From contig OZ252299.1 of the NCBI GenBank assembly GCA_965250285.1, forward strand, positions 5,472,001-5,536,000: a stretch of DNA of 64,000 nt. The letters run 5' to 3'. The notes beneath the pieces were generated by a model. That model searched no databases and was not told the origin of the DNA. It was given only the letters and a program-made list of their open reading frames with translations. The DNA is from Myxococcota bacterium (GTDB lineage Bacteria; Myxococcota_A; UBA9160; UBA4427). The first letter of the stretch is position 1, and every line of letters starts with the position of its first letter. Both the position numbers and the translations under genes were made by a program. Below, piece by piece: positions 49,467 to 59,022 of the stretch.

Positions 49467-50644
49467 CAGAAGTAGCTCTCGAGCTCTCCGGTTCGTCGCA
49501 CATCCAAGGTCACGCAGTGAAACCCGCCCCCCAGCTCGCGCCCATGTCGCAGCCGAAGCGGCAGCACGTCGATCCCCACGCCTTCGAGCTGCTCGATCAG
49601 CGCAGTCTGGTGCTGATCGACGACGGCCAGATCGGGCGACAGCATCAGCGTGTTCATGCCGAACCACTTCGAGGCCATGGGCGTGAGGCCGCTGTATCGA
49701 GGCTCGGCCATCTCGGGCGCGTAGAGCACCTGCCAGTCTCGAAGCGGCGCGGGCAGGTTGTCGGCATTCACGCGCTCGGGGTTGGCCAGCACCAGGCCGG
49801 GGCGCAGCAGGGCGAGCGTCGTGTCGATGTGCGCCGACGAGTAGAGATCGCGGCAGGCGTGAACGCGGTAGTCGGGGCCGAGCATCGATCGCAGCCAGGT
49901 GAGCCCCATCTCGTTGCCCGAGTCGGATACGAGATAGAACACGTCGCGCCCGGCCTTGATGACGTTCGCGGCGTCGAAGAGCGGCTCGGCGTTCGTGATT
50001 GCGCTGTCGGCGCCACTCGTGAAGTCGTACGCGTCGTCGGCGAGGATGGGGCGGGGTGCCGAGAGCCAACGCGCGCCGCTCTCGAGATACTCGGCCAGGA
50101 TCTTCTTGTAGGCCCAGGCTTCGAAGTAGCGTGAGCGAAAGACGTTGGGTGTTTCGATGATCGTGTCGCCGATCGAGAGCAGCACGTCACGGGGGCAGTA
50201 GGGGAAGTACCAGCCGCTCTCCCAGAGTGGAGTCTTGATCGTCTCGGTGTACTCGAGCGCTTCGGGTCGACGTACTCGGATGCCGAGCTTCTCGAGCTCA
50301 TTGGCGAAGATCGAAAGGTCTTCCTCGGTCTCCTCGATGATCCAATCGGGAAAGGCCGCTGCGCTCATGTCGCTGTAGATGTCGGGGGAAGCCTGCGACA
50401 GTGCGTCCATGCCGAGATCGTTCGGCAGTTGCGCGAACGCGGCCGTACCGACGATCACCTCTTCGAGCGGATCCCATTCATTGTGCGTTTGCACGAGGCT
50501 CTCGTGTGGCGAAGCGATTCGGGCGGTACACGGGATCGGTGGTGCCTTGTTGCAGTCGGTTCGTTCGCGGGTGTCGATCGGAAAGAGCTGTGCTGCGAAT
50601 GGATCGCTCGCAATCGGTTCAGCGGGAATATTCATGGATGACAT
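49466..50644 (-). CDS. Amidinotransferase (glycine/inosamine-phosphate amidinotransferase family)
   Basis: NEWDPLEEVIVG, YCPRD, FDAAN, HID, GGGFHC. Confidence 0.93.
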   Translation of the reverse strand: MSSMNIPAEPIASDPFAAQLFPIDTRERTDCNKAPPIPCTARIASPHESLVQTHNEWDPLEEVIVGTAAFAQLPNDLGMDALSQASPDIYSDMSAAAFPDWIIEETEEDLSIFANELEKLGIRVRRPEALEYTETIKTPLWESGWYFPYCPRDVLLSIGDTIIETPNVFRSRYFEAWAYKKILAEYLESGARWLSAPRPILADDAYDFTSGADSAITNAEPLFDAANVIKAGRDVFYLVSDSGNEMGLTWLRSMLGPDYRVHACRDLYSSAHIDTTLALLRPGLVLANPERVNADNLPAPLRDWQVLYAPEMAEPRYSGLTPMASKWFGMNTLMLSPDLAVVDQHQTALIEQLEGVGIDVLPLRLRHGRELGGGFHCVTLDVRRTGELESYF

Positions 50645-51024
50645 TCGTTTCGAGCTCCCTTCATTGTTTCGCGTTCTCAACGCTCGAGATCAGCCTAAGC
50701 ACATGAAGGGGCTCGCAAGGCGAATCGCCATGGACTCGATCGAGCTCTGCCCTGCGCTGACGCCCGTCGAGACCGGGCGGTTCCCCGCCCGGCTCGTGGG
50801 CGACGCGTGTGCACGTGCAGCGTGGAGCACCGCGGCCGTGCGGTGTGTGTCCCATCAGGCGCGAATGGCCCATTGGCAGCGCAAGGCGCGCACGAAGTCG
50901 TTTCTTCGAAAGGCCAATTCAGAAGCCTTGCCGCGCCGCGATGCGGACACAGGCTTTCGCCATGAGGCCGGATGGGTGGCCCAACGGCGGCCGGCTCGCG
51001 GCCTCGAGTCGAGGAGGACAGGCG

Positions 51025-51315
51025 ATGCCGCAGATCCACACACTCACGGGCGAGGGTTGGCAGACCGGTGTGCTCGTCGACCCCGCGCCGCGCGGCGCTG
51101 CGACGCCCGCGCTCACGCCGACGCTCGGCGAGTACCCGATCTACGACGGTTCGCTGTACGAGATCATGGCCGGCGACTCGGAGCGCAACGAGCGTTTCTG
51201 CGAGGCGCTCGAACGCTACGCGAGAGATCGCGTCGTCCTCGACATCGGGACCGGGGCCTTCCTCTACTGGGCCCGCGAGAGCCTGCGCTTCGGCGCGCGC
51301 GAGGCCATCGCGATA
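51025..51315 (+). pseudogene. Truncated PRMT-like class I methyltransferase
   Basis: GAGGAGG SD; M..D.ERN...VVLDIGTG...GAR then similarity stops at the next gene. Confidence 0.7.
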
Positions 51316-51325
51316 AGGACACGCC

Positions 51326-51799
51326 ATGAAGAAACTTGCGATCGTCGCGTTTGCCATCGGTTTGGTTCTGGCTTGCTCATCGAGCCGTCGAGAGGGTGTC
51401 GAAGACTTCGATCCGCAGGTTCAAACGGTCGACGTGTTCGGGCAGTGGGGCGTGGAGGATCGCGGCGGCGTGCTTCGGCTCGTCGTCGCCGCCGACACCC
51501 CTTCGGCCTCATCGAATGCCGCCTACCTGCAGTGGCTGAGCCTCAAGAAGGGACCGTTCACCTGGTGGCCCGATGAGGTCGTCGAGTCTCTTCACATCAT
51601 TGAGATCCCTGAATCTGTGCGGATCGTCGACGTCAAGCTGCCGCACTTCGTTCACGATGAGGGCCAGTTCGAGATTCACGGCGTCGGTCCCGATGGCGCC
51701 GTGTTCGTCTATTGCGGCACGTCGCACGAGCTGGGCACCTACCGAATCGAGCCCAGCGCTTGCCCGCTGCCACGAGAGGGCGCGCCCGAAGCGTCTTAG
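51326..51799 (+). CDS. Putative lipoprotein
   Basis: MKK..LVLAC lipobox. Confidence 0.8.
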   Translation: MKKLAIVAFAIGLVLACSSSRREGVEDFDPQVQTVDVFGQWGVEDRGGVLRLVVAADTPSASSNAAYLQWLSLKKGPFTWWPDEVVESLHIIEIPESVRIVDVKLPHFVHDEGQFEIHGVGPDGAVFVYCGTSHELGTYRIEPSACPLPREGAPEAS

Positions 51800-51921
51800 C
51801 CGACCCGGCCGACCCGCAACCGGCACTCCGCGCGTGACGGGCCGGGCCGTTTGAGCGCCGAGCATGCCGGGGTACGATCGCTCCCGACAAGCGACTTCGC
51901 GTCGCTCGAAAGGAGCCGCTC

Positions 51922-52155
51922 GTGGTCATCGAGGCGTTCGGGTTCGCGTCGGTCTCGCTGATGGTTCTGTTCTATGCGCTCGAATCGAGGGCCCCGGTCT
52001 TCGTGCTGGCCTTTGCGGCGTCGTGCCTTTCATCGGCGACGTATGCGGCCCTCATCGAGTCGTGGCCGTTCGCGGCGGTCGAGTCGGTCTGGTCGGTGGT
52101 CGCGCTGCGGCGCTGGCTTCGGCTGTCGCGTGCAGCGGGTGAGGCGGTGGGCTAG
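51922..52155 (+). CDS. Small membrane protein
   Basis: YALE, WPF..VE.VW; AGGAG SD. Confidence 0.75.
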   Translation: MVIEAFGFASVSLMVLFYALESRAPVFVLAFAASCLSSATYAALIESWPFAAVESVWSVVALRRWLRLSRAAGEAVG

Positions 52156-52211
52156 GCGTGGCCGAGGCGCCAGCGGCGGGCGTGCTTCGATGCCGCCGGG
52201 GAGGTTGGCCG

Positions 52212-52721
52212 ATGGGCCAGATCCATGGGCAGCACAAACCCTCGAAGAAGTCGAAGCTGGGCACGGGGTCTGCGCTCTTCACGTTGACTCTGTACCTGGC
52301 GCTTCTGCTGGCGCTGCGCGGTGTGTTCGGCGAGGTCGCCCTCGCGATTGCGTTTCCGGCCACGCTGGTCGCGATCATCGTGGTCCCGCTCTTTCGTGCC
52401 TACGTGTATCCAGCAGAGCCGCCGACACCGCGCGGTCGGCGCGTCGAGGTCGAGCGCGGCACGATGCGGCAATTCGATGACGACGCGCTCGTCGGATCGA
52501 TCGACCTGATGCAGCCCTTCGAGTACGAGATTCTCGATCGGCACCGTGCGCACGACTCGCTCTTTCGGGTCCATCAGCAGGGTGGGGCGCTCACGTTCTA
52601 CAATTCCGACCCGGGTGGTGCGGAGGCGGTTCGTGACGCGCTGCAGATCGAGTGGCCGAGGCCCGCGCGCGGGGCCAGTCGGAGCGTCGGCCCTTCGATC
52701 GAGGATGGGGACTTCCCTTGA
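52212..52721 (+). CDS. Membrane protein (homologue of the 2421 cassette)
   Basis: PTPRGR, ILDRH, NSDPGG, RGASRSVGPS. Confidence 0.85.
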   Translation: MGQIHGQHKPSKKSKLGTGSALFTLTLYLALLLALRGVFGEVALAIAFPATLVAIIVVPLFRAYVYPAEPPTPRGRRVEVERGTMRQFDDDALVGSIDLMQPFEYEILDRHRAHDSLFRVHQQGGALTFYNSDPGGAEAVRDALQIEWPRPARGASRSVGPSIEDGDFP

Positions 52722-53125
52722 CCCGCTCCAACGACGTCGACAGCCGCAGTCGGTTGGGTCGCCGCAAGGGGGGCTGCCACTGCGGCCGAATCCGCTTCGA
52801 GATCGAAGCGCGCGAGCCGCTGGTCGCTTACGCGTGCAACTGCTCGATGTGCCATCGCGTCGGGTTCGTTCATCTGATCGTCGAAGGCGATGCGTTCCGC
52901 CTGACCGAAGGCGAGGATCTGCTCAGTACGTACACGTTCAATACGGGCACGGCCAAGCACTTCTTCTGCTCGGTGTGCGGCGTGAAGTCGTTTTACGTGC
53001 CTCGATCACATCCCGATGGCTACAGCGTCAACGTGCGTTGCCTCGACGACGTCGATCTCGGCGACGTACGGATCGAACCGTTCGACGGGCAGAACTGGGA
53101 AGCGAACGTCGACGATCTTCGTTGA
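52718..53125 (+). CDS. GFA family protein
   Basis: GGCHCG, CNCSMC, FCSVCG, PRSHPDG. Confidence 0.9.
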   Translation: MTRSNDVDSRSRLGRRKGGCHCGRIRFEIEAREPLVAYACNCSMCHRVGFVHLIVEGDAFRLTEGEDLLSTYTFNTGTAKHFFCSVCGVKSFYVPRSHPDGYSVNVRCLDDVDLGDVRIEPFDGQNWEANVDDLR

Positions 53126-53231
53126 TGCGGGCCGAACCGCAACGCCATCCGATCGAGGTCGGTGTATGCTGGACTCGCAGTCGAACCGGTCGTCGGTGTG
53201 TGTCGAGGCACGCACGCAACCAGGGGTGCAC

Positions 53232-53711
53232 TTGACGATTCAAGATCTCGGGAGCCTCGGCGAGCTGGTCGCCGCGGCCGCGACCGTTGCGACGCTCGGT
53301 TATCTCAGCATCCAGATCCGCACGAGCAATCGACTCGCGCGCGCCGAGGCCTCGCGTAGCCCGAACAGCGATCTGAACGCGATCAACGGCGCATTCGGTA
53401 CGAACGCGGCATTCCTGGCAGCCCTGCGCCAGATTCTGACGGGGGCCGAGCGCGCCGACATCGATCCGCTCGACCGCTCGCTGCTCGACATGTACCTGCT
53501 GTCGGTGACGAACCTGCAGGAGCAGCTCTATCGCGAGCTCTGGGCGGGGGTGGTGGACGAAGAGGCGCTCGACTTCGGGGGCAAGGGCCTGTTCCTGCTG
53601 CCGTACTACCGCACCAGCTGGCCGATCTATCGAAACTACCTGACGAGCGCGTTCGTCGAGCAGTTCGAGCAGCGCTACGACCTCGATCCGACGATCGATG
53701 CGGTCGTGTAG
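53232..53711 (+). CDS. 'TL.YLA.QIR' family protein
   Basis: TIQDLGSLGELVAA..TLGYLSIQIR. Confidence 0.85.
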   Translation: MTIQDLGSLGELVAAAATVATLGYLSIQIRTSNRLARAEASRSPNSDLNAINGAFGTNAAFLAALRQILTGAERADIDPLDRSLLDMYLLSVTNLQEQLYRELWAGVVDEEALDFGGKGLFLLPYYRTSWPIYRNYLTSAFVEQFEQRYDLDPTIDAVV

Positions 53712-54023
53712 GTGAGGCCGAGAGCGCGGCCCGCGACGATTCGGCCCGCTCGCTGCCGGCCCGAGTGGCTCGGCCCCTGCGCGTCGACGGCGGACGGGTG
53801 AGGCTGCGGGGTCCACCGGGCGCCGGAGCGCTCCCTCTCGAGCGCGCACCGCGCAGCGAAGGGGTCGGCGCGAACCCATCGAGATCGTGTCTCCGCAAGG
53901 CGCATCCCACGGCCGGGCCAGATCGGTTGCGTGATAGGATCGAGGCCGATGAAGCGGAGTTCGAACGCGACATCGCCACGTTTCGCCCCAGAACGCCGCG
54001 CTCGGCGCGGTCAAGGAGCTGTC

Positions 54024-54488
54024 ATGCGCCCGAGCCTCGCGCTTCTCTTGGCGATCCTCTTCGTTTCGATTCCGATCCAATCCGCATCGACCGATGACGC
54101 GCCGCAGACGCCCGAGGCGTTGGCGCGCGAGCTGATTCGCATCAGCGGCGCGGTCGAGTCGACCGACGACATGATGGCGGCCTATGAAGGTCAGTTCCGC
54201 ATGGCGTTCCCCGACGTGCCCGCCGAGCTTTGGAGCGAGCTCTTCGCTTCGATGAACGCGAACGAGCTCGTCGAGCTCGTGATTCCGATCTACACGAAGC
54301 ACTACACGCGCGAAGATCTCGTCGGCCTGATCGAGTTCTATCAGTCGCCGCTCGGTCAGCGCCTCATCAAGGCCAACCCCGCCATCATGCAGGAGTCGAT
54401 GGCCGTGGGCATGGCGTGGGGGCAACAGAAGGCTGCCGAGGTGTTCGAGAGCCTGCGCGAGCGTGGCTACGAGCCCGTCAACATCTAG
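54024..54488 (+). CDS. DUF2059 domain protein
   Basis: IYTKHYT.EDL..LIEFYQSPLG. Confidence 0.85.
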   Translation: MRPSLALLLAILFVSIPIQSASTDDAPQTPEALARELIRISGAVESTDDMMAAYEGQFRMAFPDVPAELWSELFASMNANELVELVIPIYTKHYTREDLVGLIEFYQSPLGQRLIKANPAIMQESMAVGMAWGQQKAAEVFESLRERGYEPVNI

Positions 54489-54596
54489 CGGGGGACCTCT
54501 CCTATGACGCGCAGCGTGACTCGCATCCCGCCGATGAGCGTGAGCGAGATGTTCGGTGTGTAAGTCGCGGCGTCCAGCAATCACCGGGAAGCAACC

Positions 54597-55094
54597 ATGA
54601 ATGAAGTCGAGATCTGGGTCGAGAAGCAGAAGATTCACGAGCTCTGCGCGCGCTACACGCTCACCATCGATCGGCACGACATCGATGGTTGGGTCGATTG
54701 CTTCACCGAGGACGGTGTTTTCGGCTTCGGCGATCACGCGCTCAAGGGCCGGGAGAAGATCGCGACCTATGGCCGGGTGCATGCCCGAATCGGTTCGCGT
54801 CACCTGAACACGTCGCTGGTGTTCGAGCTCGATGCGAGCGGTGAGCGCGCGCGCGGTGAATCGACGACGGTCGTCGTGTTCATGACGCCCGAGGGCTATC
54901 GCGTCGCTTTTCTCGGGCGCTATGAGGACGAGGTCGTCAAGATCGACGGCGAATGGCGGTTCGCGCGTCGGTGGGTCGTGGCCGACGAGGTGCCCGACGA
55001 TCCGACCTTCGACATGCTGACCGCCGACCCAGCGCTGGCGCCCGTGGTGCAGCAGCTGCTCGACGCGTACGCGACAGAGGGTAAAGTCGAGTAG
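54597..55094 (+). CDS. SnoaL-like (NTF2) protein
   Basis: ID......W.DCFTEDG, GRYEDE...DGEWRF. Confidence 0.85.
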   Translation: MNEVEIWVEKQKIHELCARYTLTIDRHDIDGWVDCFTEDGVFGFGDHALKGREKIATYGRVHARIGSRHLNTSLVFELDASGERARGESTTVVVFMTPEGYRVAFLGRYEDEVVKIDGEWRFARRWVVADEVPDDPTFDMLTADPALAPVVQQLLDAYATEGKVE

Positions 55095-55158
55095 CGCGAA
55101 CTCGCGCGGGTCTCGCCGACGCGCGCGTTGTCGTCGACTGAACGTCTGATGCGCCTCG

Positions 55159-56733
55159 CTACTTCGAGGCTTCGGCCACGTACTTCGAGAGCTGCTCGAT
55201 CTGCTCGGGCGTGAGCGTGTGGTCGTAGGCGGGCATCGCGCCGACGCCCCCCGTGACCGCACTCTCGACGGTCGCGGCATCGGGCTTCAGGTCGTTCAGG
55301 TTGGGGCCGACGGCGCCCTGAGTGCCGGCGTCGGTCAGGGTGTGGCACACGCCGCAGGGGGGCTGGGCCGATTGGAAGATGTCGCGCCCGGCCTGGGCAT
55401 CGGCCGAGAGCGATGCCTTTGGCCGAGCGGCCGTTGGCTCTGCGGGCGGCGGCGCCGATTCGGCTGCGCTCGGTGATTCGGCGGTCGCACGCTCGGGCAG
55501 CTCGGCGACGAGATCGACGCGCAGCGCCGCGTCGAGCCAGCCGTTGTGGCCGTAGCCTCGCTCGTTCGGTTGGCTCGCGCGCGGTTGCACGTCGCCCCGG
55601 GCATCGGTCGCGCGTGAGGCGATCGTATACGTGCCCGGCTCGAGGTCGGTGGTATACGCGAACGTGCGCCACGCGTTGGGGCCGAGATCGGGGCCGACGA
55701 GCTCGGCCGACTGCCACGAGTCGCCTTCGTCGAGCGAGACGTCGACGCCCTGCACGCCGCGCTCCCCCGAGAGCGCGACGCCGTAGAACGTGACGCGGCC
55801 CGCGAGCGTCGGTGTGTCGTCGGCGCCCGGTCCGTTGATCCAGGATTTGACCGGCATGCGCCACATCGACGGCTGCGTCGGAGCGCCCGCTTCGCCGAGC
55901 GGTCGCATGCGATAGCCCGACTGCTGGATCTTGGCCGACGATTCGGTCGAGGTGGCTGCGATGCGGCGCACGTACTTGATGCTGTTGACGCCGTAGTACC
56001 CCGGCACGATGAGCCGCAGGGGGCCGCCATGCGTGAGCGGCAGCGGCTCGCCGTTCATCTCCCAGGCGAGCAGCGCGTCGTCGAGCGCCTTGTCGATCGG
56101 GATCGAACGCTCGACGACCAGGTCGTCGCGGTCGAGTCCGTCGGGTAGCGCTTCGCCCCCGGTCGACGTCAGGTACGGCTTGCCGCTCGTCACGCCGCCG
56201 AAGTGTTCGACCACCGTGCGCACGCGCACGCCTGTCCAGACTGCGCAGCCCGCCGCTCCCGTTCGCCACGGTGAGCCCGAAGGGTCGTGTTCGAAGAACG
56301 CGCGCCCGTTGCCCGAACACTGGAGCACCGCCCCCTCGGTGTCGATGCCGAGCCCCTTCAGCTCGGCCAGGGTGATCGAGCCGGGCTGGGCGACGCCCGC
56401 GACTTCGAGCGCCCATTCGTCGGGGTGCGCCAGGATGGTGTCGGACGGCATCGGCAGGTTGTTGCGAACGAAGAAGCGCGAGATCGGCGTGATGACGCTG
56501 CGGCCGATCTGCGAGCGGCGAACCTCGAGCGCCATCGGAGACCGGCTGTGCACGATGAAGGGCGCCGGGTCGAGCCCTCCGGGCCATCCCGACGTCGCGG
56601 GTGCCGCGGTCGACACCGTCGTCTGGTGGGCCGACGAGCCCGGCCGGCAGCCCGGCAGCGCGAGCGCTGCGCCCGTGGCGAGCATGGCCTGTAGAAACTG
56701 ACGTCGGCTTCGCGTGGGTCTTGCGACCTTCAT
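55159..56733 (-). CDS. Tat-exported sulfite oxidase-family molybdoenzyme fused to C-terminal cytochrome c
   Basis: SRRQFL; FFVRNN; LQCSGNGR; HGGPLRLIVPGYYG; CGVCH...MPAY. Confidence 0.9.
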   Translation of the reverse strand: MKVARPTRSRRQFLQAMLATGAALALPGCRPGSSAHQTTVSTAAPATSGWPGGLDPAPFIVHSRSPMALEVRRSQIGRSVITPISRFFVRNNLPMPSDTILAHPDEWALEVAGVAQPGSITLAELKGLGIDTEGAVLQCSGNGRAFFEHDPSGSPWRTGAAGCAVWTGVRVRTVVEHFGGVTSGKPYLTSTGGEALPDGLDRDDLVVERSIPIDKALDDALLAWEMNGEPLPLTHGGPLRLIVPGYYGVNSIKYVRRIAATSTESSAKIQQSGYRMRPLGEAGAPTQPSMWRMPVKSWINGPGADDTPTLAGRVTFYGVALSGERGVQGVDVSLDEGDSWQSAELVGPDLGPNAWRTFAYTTDLEPGTYTIASRATDARGDVQPRASQPNERGYGHNGWLDAALRVDLVAELPERATAESPSAAESAPPPAEPTAARPKASLSADAQAGRDIFQSAQPPCGVCHTLTDAGTQGAVGPNLNDLKPDAATVESAVTGGVGAMPAYDHTLTPEQIEQLSKYVAEASK

Positions 56734-57004
56734 CCGCGTTCCTCCATGCGAAAGCTTCGCATACACCGACGACGCATCCACGTGATCCGTTCCTCGGTTG
56801 CGGGCCGCCAAGCGTCGAGGTCGCGCATTGGACGCGCGCCCGCGCTGTCACGATCTGGGGGCAACCGACACAGGCCGAACCTGGTAGCCTTCCGACATCA
56901 TTCGATCTGGCTCGACGCGCCCGTTCAGGTCTGACGCGGGCGGGTGAGCGGCACGCTGTATGCCCGTGACATCGACGCGGGTCACACCGGCGAAGGAGTC
57001 TTCG

Positions 57005-57367
57005 ATGCTCGAACGCGTTCAAGGGCTGCCCGACCACGTGCTGGGCTTCTCGGCCAAGGGAAAGATCACGGCGTCGGACTACGAAGACACGCTCGTTCCC
57101 GCGATCGAAGCCGCGCTCGCGCAGGGTGGAAAGCTGCGCCTCTTCTACGAGATGGGTGCCGACTTCGAGGGCATCGAGATGGGAGCGGTGTGGGACGATG
57201 CCAAGGTCGGCGTGCGGCATCCCGCCGCCTGGGAGCGCGTTGCGCTCGTATCGGACGTCGAGTGGATCCGCGTCGTCGGCAAGGCCTTCGGCTTCGCGAT
57301 GCCCGGCCACGTACGGGTGTTCTCGAACGAAGAGGTCGACGCCGCCCGAAGCTGGATCGCCGAGTAG
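57005..57367 (+). CDS. STAS/SEC14 (SpoIIAA-like) protein
   Basis: GKITASDY, AVWDDAK, RVALVSD..W. Confidence 0.85.
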   Translation: MLERVQGLPDHVLGFSAKGKITASDYEDTLVPAIEAALAQGGKLRLFYEMGADFEGIEMGAVWDDAKVGVRHPAAWERVALVSDVEWIRVVGKAFGFAMPGHVRVFSNEEVDAARSWIAE

Positions 57368-57388
57368 GCGAGCTGGCAGAGGAGCCCC

Positions 57389-58078
57389 ATGCCCGACGCC
57401 GATCGCTCCGCGCAGCCCTATGAAGTCGAGTCGGTCGAGGTGATCGCCATGACGCCCGACCTGCGCGTCTCGGTCTTCACCCTGGCCGAGGGCCACGAGG
57501 TGCCGTGGCACGTGCACTCGAATGTCGTCGATACCTTCTATTGCTTGTCGGGTCGCATCTCGGTGCACCACGGGGCACGGCCGATCGTTCATCTGACCAA
57601 GGGCGAGTCGCACGCGGTGCCGGCCAGAACGCCCCATCGCGTCGAAGGCCCGGGGCGTTTTCTGCTCGTTCAGGGCATCGGTGCCTACGACTTCGTGCCG
57701 ACCGACGCGCCGAAGGCGGCTCGCGAGAGCGACGCGGATGTGCAGAACGATTCGAACCCCTTCGTGTGCGACATCGAGGCATTGACATCGGAGCAGCGTG
57801 AGCGACATGGCGCGCTGGCCCGACGGCTGCGTCCGCTGGTGCTCGAGTTCGTCGAGCTGGCCGGTGGCTACGCAGCCCGGTTCGATGCAGCGCCTGGGCG
57901 CCTGGCCGAGGTCGCCGAGTTCATGGAGCTCGAGCGCCTCTGTTGTCCGTTCTTCGTGCTCGAGCTGAAGGCCGAAGCCCCTGTCGAAGCGCAGGCCGGT
58001 GGGCTCAGCCTCATCGTGACCGGGCCCGAGGGCGTGAAGCCGTTCATTCGGGCCGAGTTCGCGATCCCCGGGGCGTAG
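57389..58078 (+). CDS. Cupin domain fused to an 'ERLCCPFF' domain
   Basis: VPWHVH...PHRV; LERLCCPFF. Confidence 0.75.
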   Translation: MPDADRSAQPYEVESVEVIAMTPDLRVSVFTLAEGHEVPWHVHSNVVDTFYCLSGRISVHHGARPIVHLTKGESHAVPARTPHRVEGPGRFLLVQGIGAYDFVPTDAPKAARESDADVQNDSNPFVCDIEALTSEQRERHGALARRLRPLVLEFVELAGGYAARFDAAPGRLAEVAEFMELERLCCPFFVLELKAEAPVEAQAGGLSLIVTGPEGVKPFIRAEFAIPGA

Positions 58079-58157
58079 CGCCGAGAGGGCAACCCACACC
58101 GAGGGCGACTCGCTCGACCGCCGCGGGTCGCATCGAAGAGGCGAAGGGGCTACCAGC

Positions 58158-58667
58158 GTGGAGCACCGAGACACACTGCTGACGATCGCCGAGATCGCGA
58201 TCGCCCTGGCGGGCTTTGCGAGCATCGTGAGTGTGATCGCCCAGCGCGCCGAAGCGTCGGCGCGCGTCGCCGACGCACATCGGCTGCGCCTCATGCTCGA
58301 GGTCGCGCTTCGAAATGCTGGCTTCGCTCTGCTGCCGTTGCCGCTGCTCTCGACGTCCGGGTCGGATCCGCTCCTGTGGCGGGCCGCGAGCGGGCTCTAT
58401 CTCGTGATCGCCCTGCTGCACGGTGTGATTCGGCTCAAGACGCAGCGCGAGGTCGGGCCGCGTTGGTTCACGCTCACCGCGCAGATCTGTCTGGCGGCCA
58501 CGGCGGTCTTCTGTGTCGCCAATGTGTTCGGCGTAGCGGGTGAGCGCGCCTTCTCTCTATATCTCGCAAGTCTGCTCGTCGGGCTCTCGGTGTCGGGGAC
58601 GGCATTCATCGCGGTCGCTGCGTCGGCCCTGGGCCTGGCGCAGCCGACGACGCGCCAGGCAGAGTGA
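58158..58667 (+). CDS. Membrane protein, 'E...A.AGF.G' family
   Basis: EIAIALAGFASIVSVI. Confidence 0.85.
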   Translation: MEHRDTLLTIAEIAIALAGFASIVSVIAQRAEASARVADAHRLRLMLEVALRNAGFALLPLPLLSTSGSDPLLWRAASGLYLVIALLHGVIRLKTQREVGPRWFTLTAQICLAATAVFCVANVFGVAGERAFSLYLASLLVGLSVSGTAFIAVAASALGLAQPTTRQAE

Positions 58668-58668
58668 C

Positions 58669-59022
58669 ATGCAGCTGCGAACCAAGCGCATCTACGAGGC
58701 GGCGAGCGGCGGGGACGGGGTGCGCATCCTCATCGACCGTCTCTGGCCGCGGGGCGTCTCGCGCGACGCCGCTGCCATCGACCTGTGGGCGAAGGATCTC
58801 GCGCCCTCGAGTGAGCTGAGAACGTGGTACCAGCACGATCACGCGAAGTGGCCCGAGTTTCGCAAGCGGTACTTCGCCGAGCTCGACGGGAACCGCGAGG
58901 CGGTGGCCGACGTCGTTTCGATGATCGGCGATGGGGTCGCGACGATCGTGTTCGGCTCGAAAGAGACGGTGAAGAACAATGCGAGCGCCTTTCGTGAATA
59001 CCTCGAGGGGTTCGAGCCGTGA
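58669..59022 (+). CDS. DUF488 (YeaO-like) protein
   Basis: KRIY, RILIDRLWPRG, APSSELR.W. Confidence 0.9.
   Translation: MQLRTKRIYEAASGGDGVRILIDRLWPRGVSRDAAAIDLWAKDLAPSSELRTWYQHDHAKWPEFRKRYFAELDGNREAVADVVSMIGDGVATIVFGSKETVKNNASAFREYLEGFEP

Noticed and set aside
49467..50069. N-terminal extension of the ATP-grasp ORF to 657 aa
   Set aside because: It overlaps the amidinotransferase out of frame; the coupled ATG at 49466 is more plausible.
53028..58294. Very long minus-strand ORFs (750 aa, 1124 aa; also 35184-36686, 39205-40812, 60603-62114)
   Set aside because: Arg/Pro/Ala-rich shadow frames overlapping well-supported genes in high-GC DNA.
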